Positions 1-12,358 are shown, counted from the whole stretch's first letter. The stretch is DNA of 63,222 nucleotides, filler included, from Octopus bimaculoides (GCF_001194135.2; 6 parts of 6 records of this genome joined end to end with filler, not necessarily neighbours in it); one strand, 5' to 3'. The notes: generated from the sequence alone by a model not told the origin. Made by a program: numbers and translations.

Positions 1-52
1 TATATACATATATGCATGCATATATACATATATTTACGTCTATATGTATATG

Positions 53-85
<33 letters not shown>

Positions 86-200
86 ATGTGTGTGTATGTA
101 TGTATTTATGTATTTATCCTCCCGCACAAACGTAAATTAATGTATAAAAATATCTCACAATCAATTTACATTCATTTACTACTGTTTTGTGTGTCTGTGC

Positions 201-206
201 TGAGGC

Positions 207-300
<94 letters not shown>
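201..300. repeat. (ATT)n microsatellite running into an N gap
   Basis: Pure TAT/ATT run immediately before the N run at 301-948. Confidence 0.95.
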
Positions 301-1499
301 NNNNNNNNNNNNNNNNNNNNNNNNNNNNNNNNNNNNNNNNNNNNNNNNNNNNNNNNNNNNNNNNNNNNNNNNNNNNNNNNNNNNNNNNNNNNNNNNNNNN
401 NNNNNNNNNNNNNNNNNNNNNNNNNNNNNNNNNNNNNNNNNNNNNNNNNNNNNNNNNNNNNNNNNNNNNNNNNNNNNNNNNNNNNNNNNNNNNNNNNNNN
501 NNNNNNNNNNNNNNNNNNNNNNNNNNNNNNNNNNNNNNNNNNNNNNNNNNNNNNNNNNNNNNNNNNNNNNNNNNNNNNNNNNNNNNNNNNNNNNNNNNNN
601 NNNNNNNNNNNNNNNNNNNNNNNNNNNNNNNNNNNNNNNNNNNNNNNNNNNNNNNNNNNNNNNNNNNNNNNNNNNNNNNNNNNNNNNNNNNNNNNNNNNN
701 NNNNNNNNNNNNNNNNNNNNNNNNNNNNNNNNNNNNNNNNNNNNNNNNNNNNNNNNNNNNNNNNNNNNNNNNNNNNNNNNNNNNNNNNNNNNNNNNNNNN
801 NNNNNNNNNNNNNNNNNNNNNNNNNNNNNNNNNNNNNNNNNNNNNNNNNNNNNNNNNNNNNNNNNNNNNNNNNNNNNNNNNNNNNNNNNNNNNNNNNNNN
901 NNNNNNNNNNNNNNNNNNNNNNNNNNNNNNNNNNNNNNNNNNNNNNTATATATATACTGTTTTATAAATGTATATATTATATAAGTGTATATATATATAT
1001 ATACACATACACATAAAACAATTGATTAGAGAACACAAATATATATTTTAAATGGAAGCAAAATATTTCCTAGCCTGCCTTTAAAAGTTATGTTTGCATT
1101 TTGTATCTGACATTTCTTCTTTTTTAATAAGTTGTGATATTGTATTGTACAAGAATGGTTCTATATTATTGATTTTTCTCCATTAATGTCCCTCCCCTCA
1201 CTGTGGTATCTGTTGCTGAAAACTAGCAACAGACACGCACAACAAAGGTGCCAGAATGTCAGCCATTTTTTTCTGTTCCTGTGTGATTATGTGATGGTGT
1301 TTATATATAATTGAAATAAATTGTTGAATTATCGAAATAAATTTAGATGTGTACTATCAAAGATTTTGAGTTTTATTTCCCTCGGTGTTTCTGAATTTTT
1401 CTTTCTGCTTTTATTTTTTTGGCGACATGACTAATTAGTCTCATAAAATATCATGAGACACTTCACTAATATATCATGGAAACGCACATACAACCGCCG

Positions 1500-1878
1500 T
1501 ATCTTTAATAAACCTACCACGAGATTTCGGGTTCACTTCCACTGCACGGCACGGCACCTTGAACAAATGTCTTTCACTATAGCCTCTTGTGAGTGGATTT
1601 GGTTGACGGAAACTGTGTGAAAGCCCGTCGTATATAAATATAAATATATATACACACACAAACAAGTGTGTGTGTGTGTCTAACTATTACTCGACAATTT
1701 GTGTTACATTTCTGTATGTCCTCGTTACCTAGCAGTTCGGCAAAAGATACTGATAGAATAAGTACCAGACTTAAAAGTAACATTAGTACCGTGGTCGATT
1801 TGTTCGAGTAAACCCTTCAAAGCGGTGCCCCAGTATGGCCGCAGTCAAATGACTGAAAGAAGTAAGAGGTAAAAAGAC
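1500..1878 (+). mobile_element. SINE family A (tRNA-like head, internal TA/CA microsatellite, 3' tail), diverged copy
   Basis: Shares gtgagtggatttgg..gacggaaactg..aagcccgtcg head block and gcggtgccccagtatggccgcagtcaaatgactgaaa tail with copies at 3033, 9520, 13140, 59460. Confidence 0.8.
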
Positions 1879-1899
1879 AAAGATTTGTCCATGGATAGT

Positions 1900-2056
1900 T
1901 CTCCGTCGTCCGACGTTGAGTATTCTGTTGTTCGGTAAACTGGATTATCTGCTCCCGCATTGGCGTGTAAGTAGCTGAGCATTCCACAGACACTTGTACC
2001 TTTAACTTAATAATTCTCAGGCAGAATTAGCTTGATGAAGTTTGGGACAAGGCTGT
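1900..2056 (-). mobile_element. SINE B-type 3' tail relic
   Basis: gctgagcattccacagacacttgtacctttaac matches the tail at 4855-4890 and 18830-18865. Confidence 0.65.
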
Positions 2057-2970
2057 AGCTTTCGAAATTACGAGTACAGTCTACCCGATGGGCTTGTATA
2101 TATTTTTCGCCTGCCCAGTTTCACTAAAAGTATGATCCAGCCCGTGGCTATAGAAAATGATATTTGTTTAAGATGTGCCGTTTTAGGATCGAACCCTGGA
2201 CCTCATAGTTTCAAAGTAAACTTAAAACTGTACTTTGTAAGAAATACATCTAAATCTTAGGAAATATGCTGCAGTCCATCCAGTTTATACGAACAGTAAT
2301 GCTTTCACCCTTCCAATAATTATTCTCAAGTTCAACATCTCAGAAGCAATGAAAACAGTTATAAACAATAATTTTCTTGATCCAGTTTATTCTGTCTGTC
2401 TGTCCGTCTGTCTTTCTGTCTGTCTGTCTGTCTCTGTCTCTGTCTGTCTGTCTCTGTCTGCCTGTCTCTGTCTGTCTGTCTCTTTCTCTCTCTCTCTCTC
2501 TCTCNNNNNNNNNNNNNNNNNNNNNNNNNNNNNNNNNNNNNNNNNNNNNNNNNNNNNNNNNNNNNNNNNNNNNNNNNNNNNNNNNNNNNNNNNNNNNNNN
2601 NNNNNNNNNNNNNNNNNNNNNNNNNNNNNNNNNNNNNNNNNNNNNNNNNNNNNNNNNNNNNNNNNNNNNNNNNNNNNNNNNNNNNNNNNNNNNNNNNNNN
2701 NNNNNNNNNNNNNNNNNNNNNNNNNNNNNNNNNNNNNNNNNNNNNNNNNNNNNNNNNNNNNNNNNNNNNNNNNNNNNNNNNNNNNNNNNNNNNNNNNNNN
2801 NNNNNNNNNNNNNNNNNNNNNNNNNNNNNNNNNNNNNNNNNNNNNNNNNNNNNNNNNNNNNNNNNNNNNNNNNNNNNNNNNNNNNNNNNNNNNNNNNNNN
2901 NNNNNNNNNNNNNNNNNNNNNNNNNNNNNNNNNNNNNNNNNNNNNNNNNNNNNNNNNNNNNNNNNNNNNN

Positions 2971-3004
<34 letters not shown>

Positions 3005-3212
3005 TGTGTCTGTGTTTTTCCCCCCGACAACGCTAGACAACCGATGCTGGTGTGTTTACGTTCCCGTAATTTAACGGTTCGGCAAAAGGGACCGATAGAA
3101 TAAGTACTAGGCTTACAAAAAATAAGTCCTGGGGTCGATTTGCTCGACTAAAGGCGGTGCTCCAGCATGGCCACAGTCAAATGACTGAAACGAGTAAAAG
3201 AGTAAAAGAGAA
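2971..3212 (+). mobile_element. SINE family A, 3' half after (GT)n
   Basis: gacaaccgatgctggtgtgtttacg...aaggcggtgctccagcatggccacagtcaaatgactgaaac..gtaaaagagtaaaaga, near-identical to 59460-59645. Confidence 0.85.
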
Positions 3213-3603
3213 AGATAAACAAAACCATCGCTTATGTCTGGTCAGATAAATTCGAAGCAGAGATGCTACCTTTCAAATGTGAACATCGCTTTTGAAATCA
3301 GTTTGAAATAGGATACAGACAGACAACTGGTTCAAAACTCATAGGTTCTCTATCTTTACCAAACGTGTATGTTTGTGTACGTAATTATTGCTACACTTGG
3401 TTGTATTGGTTAATGTCTAAGTGATAAGTGAAAAGCTGGTGTTTCCAGGTTCCACATTCTGATCAAAAAAAAAAAAAAAAANNNNNNNNNNNNNNNNNNN
3501 NNNNNNNNNNNNNNNNNNNNNNNNNNNNNNNNNNNNNNNNNNNNNNNNNNNNNNNNNNNNNNNNNNNNNNNNNNNNNNNNNNNNNNNNNNNNNNNNNNNN
3601 NNN

Positions 3604-3661
<58 letters not shown>

Positions 3662-3779
3662 CGCTCACTGATTTCCTCCACACAAACACATACATACATT
3701 ATTATAACCACTATCGTTCTCTTCTTCGCGTTACATTAAACACTCATTACAAACATCATTTCTCTGTTATTATTATTGC

Positions 3780-3998
3780 CACTACAAAGCCATCATTTTC
3801 CTCACTACCATCAATATCATCACCATCATCGTCATCATAATCGTCATCAATCATCATAGTCATCATCGTCACCATCATCATTACCATCATCGCTGCCTTC
3901 ACCACCACCAACACTACCACCACCAACAACAGCAACAACACCAATACCAATACCAGCATCCTCCTCCTCCTCCTCATCATCATCATCCACCATCATTT

Positions 3999-4061
<63 letters not shown>

Positions 4062-4062
4062 A
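3780..4062. repeat. Compound trinucleotide low-complexity tract (CAT/CAC/CAA/CCT/TAC)
   Basis: Successive triplet runs; source of the poly-S/D/E pseudo-ORFs. Confidence 0.9.
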
Positions 4063-4768
4063 AGGGGACGTCAATATTAATGCGACCGAACAAGTCGATC
4101 AACATTTAATCTATTAACCAACGACGCTTGTCATCCCTCACGTAAATCTCACCCCACCCCGTCTCCACTGTCCACGTCTACTCCACAGCCCACACTCCAC
4201 ACTACCCTACTGTATAACCTACATTTCACATATACGTTAATCTATCAATATTCTACTCTGCTTCCACTCGTCCATCCATTCACCCTTCCCAGCAACGCTT
4301 AACAGCCACTACCTCAATACCAACAGTATGCAGACAAAATCGTTGGAATTGAATATATCTGTTGTTGCCATCTGACTTTCAAATCTGGTATCCGCCCCTT
4401 AGCTAAATACCGGATATTTAAGGTAACTTGGAGAGCTTTATGGTGTGTGAAGGCTTGATAGTTGCTTGAATGGTTTTTACAGCAACGAAACCAATTAGTC
4501 ATGATGTCAGAAAACAATAAACAGTATTAATTTGATAATACAAGAAGAATAAACATACGGTTTATTTTTTCTCCCTGAGTCATTTGTTAGATCACAATGT
4601 CGTTTAGTCGATAAGCAGAATCCATTTTGGATCATACAACTAAAACTCATGGTCCGCAGAGACCAATAATAAATTCTTGCGTATTTCTCAAATGGAATTC
4701 AGCCTGACTGTCTGCTTAAACTTGTGTCAATATTCCCATTATGATATTCAAATAATGAATTAGCATTA

Positions 4769-5087
4769 TAAGTGGCACTCTGTTGGTTACGACGACAAGG
4801 GTTCCAGTTGATCCGATCAACCGGACAGCCTTCTCGTGGGATTAACGTGCGTGTGGCTGAGCACTCCACAGACACGTGTACCCTTAACGTAATTCTCAGG
4901 GAGATTCAGCATGACACAGAGTGTGACAAGGCTGGCGCTTGGGTACAACTCATTTTGCCAGCTGAGTGGATTGGAGCAGCATAAAATAAAGTGTCTTGCT
5001 CAAGGACAGAACGCGTCGCCAGGAATTGAACTCACGACCTTGCGATCGTGAGCCGAATACCCTAACCATTAAGCCACATCCCTTCAC
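4769..5087 (-). mobile_element. Full-length SINE, D-type tRNA-like head + B-type tail, with 12-bp TSD
   Basis: Minus-strand head with A-box (tggcttaatggttagg) and B-box (gagttcaattcc); flanks gaattagcatta (4757-4768) and gaatcagcatta (5088-5099). Confidence 0.85.
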
Positions 5088-6074
5088 GAATCAGCATTAG
5101 AGGTATCAATTTTCGAATTGTTATCGTTGATTAGACTTGGTTTAATCCCGATGGAGCAGATCTTTGACCAAAGTCGCTCCAAACGAGGCAATTCCTTTCT
5201 CTTTTCTTCTTCACGTGTAGTATATTTAAAATTACATTAGTCCTATTNNNNNNNNNNNNNNNNNNNNNNNNNNNNNNNNNNNNNNNNNNNNNNNNNNNNN
5301 NNNNNNNNNNNNNNNNNNNNNNNNNNNNNNNNNNNNNNNNNNNNNNNNNNNNNNNNNNNNNNNNNNNNNNNNNNNNNNNNNNNNNNNNNNNNNNNNNNNN
5401 NNNNNNNNNNNNNNNNNNNNNNNNNNNNNNNNNNNNNNNNNNNNNNNNNNNNNNNNNNNNNNNNNNNNNNNNNNNNNNNNNNNNNNNNNNNNNNNNNNNN
5501 NNNNNNNNNNNNNNNNNNNNNNNNNNNNNNNNNNNNNNNNNNNNNNNNNNNNNNNNNNNNNNNNNNNNNNNNNNNNNNNNNNNNNNNNNNNNNNNNNNNN
5601 NNNNNNNNNNNNNNNNNNNNNNNNNNNNNNNNNNNNNNNNNNNNNNNNNNNNNNNNNNNNNNNNNNNNNNNNNNNNNNNNNNNNNNNNNNNNNNNNNNNN
5701 NNNNNNNNNNNNNNNNNNNNNNNNNNNNNNNNNNNNNNNNNNNNNNNNNNNNNNNNNNNNNNNNNNNNNNNNNNNNNNNNNNNNNNNNNNNNNNNNNNNN
5801 NNNNNNNNNNNNNNNNNNNNNNNNNNNNNNNNNNNNNNNNNNNNNNNNNNNNNNNNNNNNNNNNNNNNNNNNNNNNNNTATATATAAAGCGTAATTACGA
5901 AAACAGAAAAGAAGTCTAAAAGACCCAGAAACGAACAATAGTACAAAGTGAATGCATTAAGTTGTGAAAGAAAAAAAGAGATATCGACATTATGGTTAAT
6001 GGATAGTTTATTTTTTGTCGAAATATATACATAGGTCAGGCGAGGGAGGTATATGGAGAACAAGACTGCATGTG

Positions 6075-6640
6075 TATTTAAACAATCAGCAAAAGAATCA
6101 TAGTGGATCGGAAGCGGGCTAAGGTAAGTGGTTTCTAGCAGAGGAGAGTGTGTTGGGTATTTTTCTTCTTTGCTGAGTTTGGAAGGAGGAACAGTGTAGG
6201 TCCTTCGGCACCGGTGAGCTTGATGCCGTTGATGTTCTGTTTAAACTATTACAGGACATCTGCGGATAAGACATGAGCCGGGAGAACTATAGAATGCAGA
6301 TTTAAACTCGTGTGGTGAACTAATATCGGTCATGCATTGGAAAAATTAGGTCTCAGTGGATGTGTGTAACTGTGAGAGAAAGAGCTTGTGTGAGTGAAAG
6401 TGGCGTTAATAATAGCGATTCGGGTGGTATTGGAATAATAGAATAACATGAGTGTGAGAGAGATTGATATTGACATAACAGAATGCATGTGATAATTGAC
6501 ATAATAGGATGCATGTGATAATTGACATAATAGGATATAGGCCCAATAGATAAAAGCTTTTTAGTTGTAAACAAGACATCAAGTATGTATAAATATGGAA
6601 AAAAAGATGATGTGAAATGCATGGGTAAATGTTAATCTCT
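6075..6640 (-). mobile_element. Penelope-like element (PLE) relic, RT C-terminal region
   Basis: HFTSSFFPYLYILDVLFTTKKLLSIGPISYY...SLSHSCYSIIP resembles PLE FT..LPFLDV...IYYK...SSHP..K.SIP; frameshifted; contains a 26-bp perfect tandem duplication at 6483-6534. Confidence 0.6.
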
Positions 6641-6734
6641 ATGTGTGTTTGTAGGTGGGTGCATTGGGTATGTGGAGGAGAGTTAATCGATTATTGGCAA
6701 TAAGCAAAAAATAAATAAGTGAACAAATAAATAG

Positions 6735-7107
6735 ACAAGAGCACTCAGATAGCGCAAACATCCGCCAAGGCAAAACCAACGCCCTCAGAACGATTAGCCA
6801 GAGATGATTTTTAAGATGAGGATATCTGAAATAAACTCGACTGCTCTCACAAACGAGAATACTAAAAATGAACCCGACCGCTCTTAAAAATTAAGTTAAA
6901 AAAACAGGAAAAATAATCCAGAATCTTTGTCGGATACCGGACTGATCCCAAAATCTAATCAGTTCGTGCCAGTCACGAGGCCAGACATCCCTGAAAGTTT
7001 CATCCGAATCCATCCAGCAGTTCTTGAGATATCCTATCCACAGTCAAACAAACAAACAAACACGATTGAAAACAATACATCCGCCTTAGCTAAGGCGGAG
7101 GTAATAA
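6735..7107 (-). mobile_element. Non-autonomous Helentron-type (HINE/DINE-like) element
   Basis: Perfect 20-bp palindrome tccgccttagctaaggcgga (7080-7099), subterminal inverted motif catccgcc (6759) vs ggcggagg (7094), internal (CAAA)n at 7045-7061, no ORF. Confidence 0.6.
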
Positions 7108-7214
7108 CTCATAATAGTGTTGAAAAGCGGAAATGCTGCGATGTTACAAGATGAGTGTGAGCGTGAAATGAGGCGAGTTTAAGTGATCTGCTGTTATTTC
7201 ATAAGACATCCATT

Positions 7215-7815
7215 AATTACTCTGTAAAATGATCGCCTAACCTCTGATTCGTTGTTCGTGAGTATAATAAGTCGCTATGTTTACTTGTCCCCGATATGAG
7301 AAAAAGAGGTGCTACAAAGAGTTCAGGGACAGGTAAAAGAATGAAGTTAGGATTTACAAGAAACTGCGCATGTCGGTCGAATCTAAAGGAAGAGCAGGGT
7401 GGGTTGTTATGCGAAGTATGAGGGTCGGATTGGAGGAGACTGAGGTTGTGCAGGATGGAACACTGGACTGATAGAGTTATGGGATGGGAACTTAAGATGA
7501 AGGAAGTGCGGTTTGTATTGATGGTGAAGCGTGGAGATTGGAGGTGCAAGCAATATCTAAAACACGACGGCGTGCTGTGTCAAGCTCTTGGTGGGTAATC
7601 ATGCTGGAGGAAGTAATGAACCATTTGGTGAGATTTAGCTCCGAAATCAGAATCACGGATACAAAGGTGGGGATGCGACGAATTGTGCAGCTAATCCATG
7701 TTGGAAGAAGTGAACAATTTAGTGAAATTTAACCCCGGAATCAGAGTTTCGGATAAAGAGTTTGGGAGGCAAATGAATTGTGAATAGAGTATAATTGTTT
7801 TAGTGTGAGTGTGAT
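7215..7815 (-). mobile_element. PLE relic, RT thumb/linker to start of GIY-YIG
   Basis: TIILYSQF, LCIRDSDFGAKSHQMVHYFLQHDYP, FILSSHPITLSVQCSILHNLSLLQSDPHT..PPCSSFRFDR, LLYSRTTNQRLGDHFTE match PLE IPYSQF/RICS..DF/LTFHP..LQSDP/LLYIGET.RRLGDRF.EH. Confidence 0.8.
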
Positions 7816-7849
7816 GTAATGAGGGGAAATAAATGTGAGTGGAGTTGTT

Positions 7850-8076
7850 CTGAACTCTACAAGGCCTCATCTCTACCCAGCAAACTGCTCAACGCCTATG
7901 CTGTGTCTACCATAATAGATCAACTGACACCCTCGGTTCTTCTTCCTAGAACCTCCAACGTAGTCATCAACCATACACGTCGTATCTCTGACAAATATTT
8001 CCTACCTTAAGTTTATAAGGCAAACATTCCTATTCGCTCTAGCGTTTCCGTCTGCAACTGCTCTACTGGAGGCAAC
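7850..8076 (+). mobile_element. PLE relic, pre-RT/RT N-terminal segment, inverted relative to neighbour
   Basis: One frame reads TSNVVINHTRRISDKYFLP*VYKANIPIRSSVSVCNCSTG, matching PLE FYLLPKIHK...GRPIVSAC.CPTE with one stop. Confidence 0.65.
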
Positions 8077-9210
8077 AGAAGATTTTCTGTTATCGAGGCA
8101 TCTGGTTCTGGAGGCAACTTTTACATTTTTTTTTTTAGATGGGAACTGAAAAATACTGATTTAAACTTTCTGTATAAAGTTGCCAAAGTGGGTGGGGGTT
8201 CAATCTATGGAAGAATATACAACGCAGCTGAATCACTCAGTGAGTATTCTTGTTACAGATTACATTGACTAGAATAAAATATTGGAATTTTGAAATCCTT
8301 ACTTCTTAATAGTAGGATAATACCAAGAATAGTTGGATAATACCAGGATTACGCAAAAACTACTAAGAATAATGCCAAGAATTAGGAGACTGTACATTAT
8401 TGATATCGATTTCTTTTATAAAAGAAACAAAAAAGCGAAAAAAATAAAAGATTGTCTGACGTTCATAGTTTCTCAAAAACAATGTGGATTGAAATGGCTG
8501 CAGCTGTGCAAAGAAACCGGGTCACCAACTTCACTCTCAAGCAGCTGCTACTTTTTTTCTCGATCCACTGGAAATAACAGCACAACCAGGAGTGACATTG
8601 ATATAAAGCTCCTTTAAATGATGATACAACCATCCATACGTATTACTGTACACATATACAAAAAAGCTTGCATATAAAATAATTCACAAACAGAGGAACA
8701 TAGACGAGCATTTTTCTATCATTTGGTATTTTTTAAAGAAATATATATATTTTTTTTATTTCCTTTCCTTTTTTTCCTTTCTGCACTTTTATTTTCACTT
8801 CTTCCTCCGAGCTAATTCATCGATTTTTTTTGCTTTAAAATATTGTAAACAATATTTCTGAGATTTTAAAACCAAGATGGATCGAAGATTAAAAGCTTTA
8901 TGAAATAAGGTTTTCACTATACCAATATATTTGATCTCTTTTCCAATTATTGAGGTTAATCGAGTTCTTGCTAGAAATTGCACGAAGTCATGTTTCCCAA
9001 ACATAGTTATTGTACAAACTCTCTTCAATATATATGTTTAGCTCTCTGGCTATTACCAAAATAAACATATGACGATATGAACTCGCGAAAAATTCATAAA
9101 ACTTTAATATTGGCCAAACATATAGTAAAATGTTCAAGTATTTCATAGTTAACACAATAATTCTAAATTGTCTGTTTATATATGTTATATAAATTATCTG
9201 TTTATATACC

Positions 9211-9270
9211 AAGGCGGTGCTTCAGCATGGCCGCAGTCAAGTGAAAGAAACAAGTAAAAGAATAAAAGAA
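9211..9270 (+). mobile_element. SINE family A, 5'-truncated tail
   Basis: aaggcggtgcttcagcatggccgcagtcaagtgaaagaaacaagtaaaagaataaaaga. Confidence 0.75.
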
Positions 9271-9519
9271 TATGTCATTTAACCGCAAATGATATCTATT
9301 GAACAAATCTAAGACAGAGTGTATTCAAACCATGACGATGCTGTCTATTTTTTTGGAATAGTGTAGCGAGGACTACATGATCTTATGTGTTCATATGCAA
9401 AAATGGTGGGATAGAAATAGAAAGTAACACCTCTGTCGAGCTGCTGAAGACTGAGTTATGTGACTTGGTTTCTATTTCGAATTGCTTTTGAGATTCATGA
9501 ACGTCACGTATTTTTTTTT

Positions 9520-9938
9520 CTATCTTTTACTTGTTTCAGTTATTTGATTGCGGCCATGCTGGGGCACCGCCTGGAATGGTTTAATCAAAAGAATCTCGCT
9601 TCCAGTACTTATTTTTTTAAGGCCTAGTACTTATTCTATCAGTCTCTTTTGCCGGGCCGCTAGGTTACGGGGATGTAAACAAACCAACACTGGTTATCAA
9701 GCGATGATGGGCAACAAACATACACACAAACACACACACACACACACACACACATACATACATACATACATACAACGAGCTTTTTTCAGTTTTCGTCTGC
9801 CAAATCCACTCACAAATTTTGGTCGACCCATAGGTTATAGCAGAAACACATGCCCCAAGGTGGTACGCAGTGGGATTGAAACCGGAACCATGTAGTTGGG
9901 AAGCAGACTTCTTATTACACAACCACCCCTACGCCTAC
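9520..9938 (-). mobile_element. SINE family A, near full length
   Basis: Reverse complement has head (ggttccggtttcaatcccactgcgtaccaccttgggg), internal CA/TACA microsatellite and tail. Confidence 0.85.
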
Positions 9939-10689
9939 TGAAATTTATATTTATGAAGGGAATAGGTATTGATAATGTACCATGTTTTTGTTTTTGCTGC
10001 TCTTTAACTCTAAGCATACTTATGATCAAAGCCGTTCCGACCGTGACCATGCTTTCATCTTATATATCAGGGAGTGCATTTTTCAGTGAAGTTTTACATT
10101 TTTTGTAAGAAATTAAAATATGATTCGAGAACATGCTGGCTGTTATTTCTTGTAGATCGAGCAACGACCAGATGTTTCGTCTTTTATTGAAGTCGCGAAA
10201 TGAATTCAGTCCAGAATCGAAACCGTTTCATTTCCCCACCGATACTTGTAATTCTCTTTAACAACACGACTGACATCTCGGTTCTCAACCTCGTATCCCA
10301 TGTTGATACTTTGTAGAAAACGAAGAACAATGTAATAATCAGAAATATCTGACAAACTTTGTCCTGATGTAGAAAATCAATATATATATATATATTTTTT
10401 TGCTTTTGATTTGTGAAGCAGTTTGTTTGCTGACTATCACACGCAGACGCTCACACATACAGAAAGACACAGGCTGGATAAATATATTCTGAAGTAAAAG
10501 CATCATGTATTTATGCAAGTAAAATCTGAACGATTTTACGTACGCAGCTGTGTATGTAAGTTAATTTAGGGAGACAGAAAGATAGTTACTTAAACAAAAG
10601 AAGTATGTACACTTCAGACTAACGTATGAGGGCGCGGCACTCAAACTTCTAGAAGTTGTACACGAACTCCAAACGAGTCACATTCTCTT

Positions 10690-10845
10690 TAATATTTAAG
10701 AAAATAAAATGAAGACATTGGATAATGAAGTTTTCTAGCTATGAAAGTTTTGTTCCAAAAAATAAATTGTTGATAATGGCAGGGACACCTTTAATTATAG
10801 GCCTTCTGCTTGATCAGAAGAACCTGAAGCTAAACAACATTTACC
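10690..10845 (+). repeat. Unclassified dispersed repeat family F (acattggataatgtag...ataggtctgctcgatcag); similar copies at about 14000-14310, 27980-28126, 38800-38945, 39230-39460
   Basis: Recurrent diverged blocks such as gacattggataatg (10714), gacacattagataatgtag (28046), ggaacgccttggttataggtctgctcgat (39413). Confidence 0.5.
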
Positions 10846-10904
10846 ATTGTCTCTAGATGCCTTGAAGACATTTCTTTACATGGTTTTCTCTATCTCTTTG
10901 TCTG

Positions 10905-10917
10905 TCTGTTTGTCTGC

Positions 10918-10992
<75 letters not shown>

Positions 10993-11009
10993 CCTATCTA
11001 TCTATCTAC

Positions 11010-11060
<51 letters not shown>

Positions 11061-11290
11061 CTTACTTACCTACCTACCTATCTATTTATCTATCTATCTA
11101 TCCTTGCATGTATGCCTGCCTGCCTGCCTGCCTGCCTGTATGTATGTATGTATGTATGTATATGTGTGTATGTATGTTCCCTGCCTGTTTGTCTGTCTAT
11201 CTGTCTGTCTATGTATGCATGTATGTATGTATGTATGTATGTATGTATGTATGTATGTATGTATGTGAGCATGTATGTATGTATATGCAA
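10905..11290. repeat. Compound tetranucleotide microsatellite (TCTG/TATC/TACC/TGCC/TATG)
   Basis: Direct reading. Confidence 0.95.
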
Positions 11291-11608
11291 GCATGTGTGT
11301 TTGTAAGTGGTATGGTTACTCTTCCAAAACATTTGAAAAAACATATTTTTTATGCTTTTACAGATTTCTCTTACTAGACAGCGGCCACGTGAGGCACCAT
11401 CATTAAGAGCTTATGTTGATCATATTGGATCCACTATTTATTTCATCCCGGTGCTTATTTTCTCGATCTCCATTTATCGATGACTAAATTTTACCTTTCT
11501 CAAGCAAACGAACGTGACACGAACACATCGATTTACATTGGTACATAGAAACATACATACACACACGCGCGNNNNNNNNNNNNNNNNNNNNNNNNNNNNN
11601 NNNNNNNN

Positions 11609-11650
<42 letters not shown>

Positions 11651-11809
11651 CACACACACACACGCATACAAATCCACATTCATTGTTTGTGCGCACAAGA
11701 AGAGAGAGAATAGGAGAGCTCAATGCAAACCTGCCAAAATACACAGAGCAAATATTCATAGTTTAAATAATTATTTTAAAGAACTTTGACGGATTTTATT
11801 TCTTTCTAC

Positions 11810-11968
11810 TCTAGGCACAAGGAGTGGGGGAAGTCGATTAGATCGACCCCAGTACGTACCTGGTACTTAATTTATCGACCCCGAAAGAGTGAAAAGCAAA
11901 GTCAGCCTCGGCGGAATTTGAATTCAGAACCGCTAAACATTTCGCCCGGTGTGCTAGCGTTTCTGCTA
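11810..11968 (-). mobile_element. SINE family C
   Basis: Reverse complement gives gcagaaacgctagcacaccgggcgaaatg...gaattcaaattccgccgaggctgactttgc..ggggtcgataaattaagtaccag. Confidence 0.8.
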
Positions 11969-12315
11969 GCAGGCAGTCTTTTTGAGGGATTTTATTGATT
12001 TAACAATGTCAGCAGAATGACGAAGAAAGATATAAAGGCAAAGTATTTAAGTATGTCAATATATGTATCTAGGTGTACACCTATGTACTTGTGACTTAGT
12101 TTTTGTTACATGCAAGCGTACGATTATAGCGTGTATAATCTGTTTTTCTATTTGTCTATCCCATACACACATATATGTGTGTGTACTTATACGTGGATGT
12201 ACATGCATATCCATATGTGTGTGTGTGTGAGTATGTATGTGTATGTATATATTTATATGTATTTATATCAAAATATCAGTCCATGTGTCCCTTTTTTTCT
12301 CTCTCTCTCTCGCTT

Positions 12316-12358
<43 letters not shown>

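Noticed and set aside
1206-1236. Short hairpin gtatctgttgct-gaaaact-agcaacagacac (also tttaccc-gta-gggtaaa near 53611)
   Set aside because: Too short for a pre-miRNA, no downstream CTRR for a Helitron end; expected by chance in 63 kb.
8795-9212. Transposase-like minus-strand ORFs (..TRLTSIIGKE..KIDELARRK)
   Set aside because: Could be read as a hAT C-terminus or a PLE fragment; too degraded to assign.
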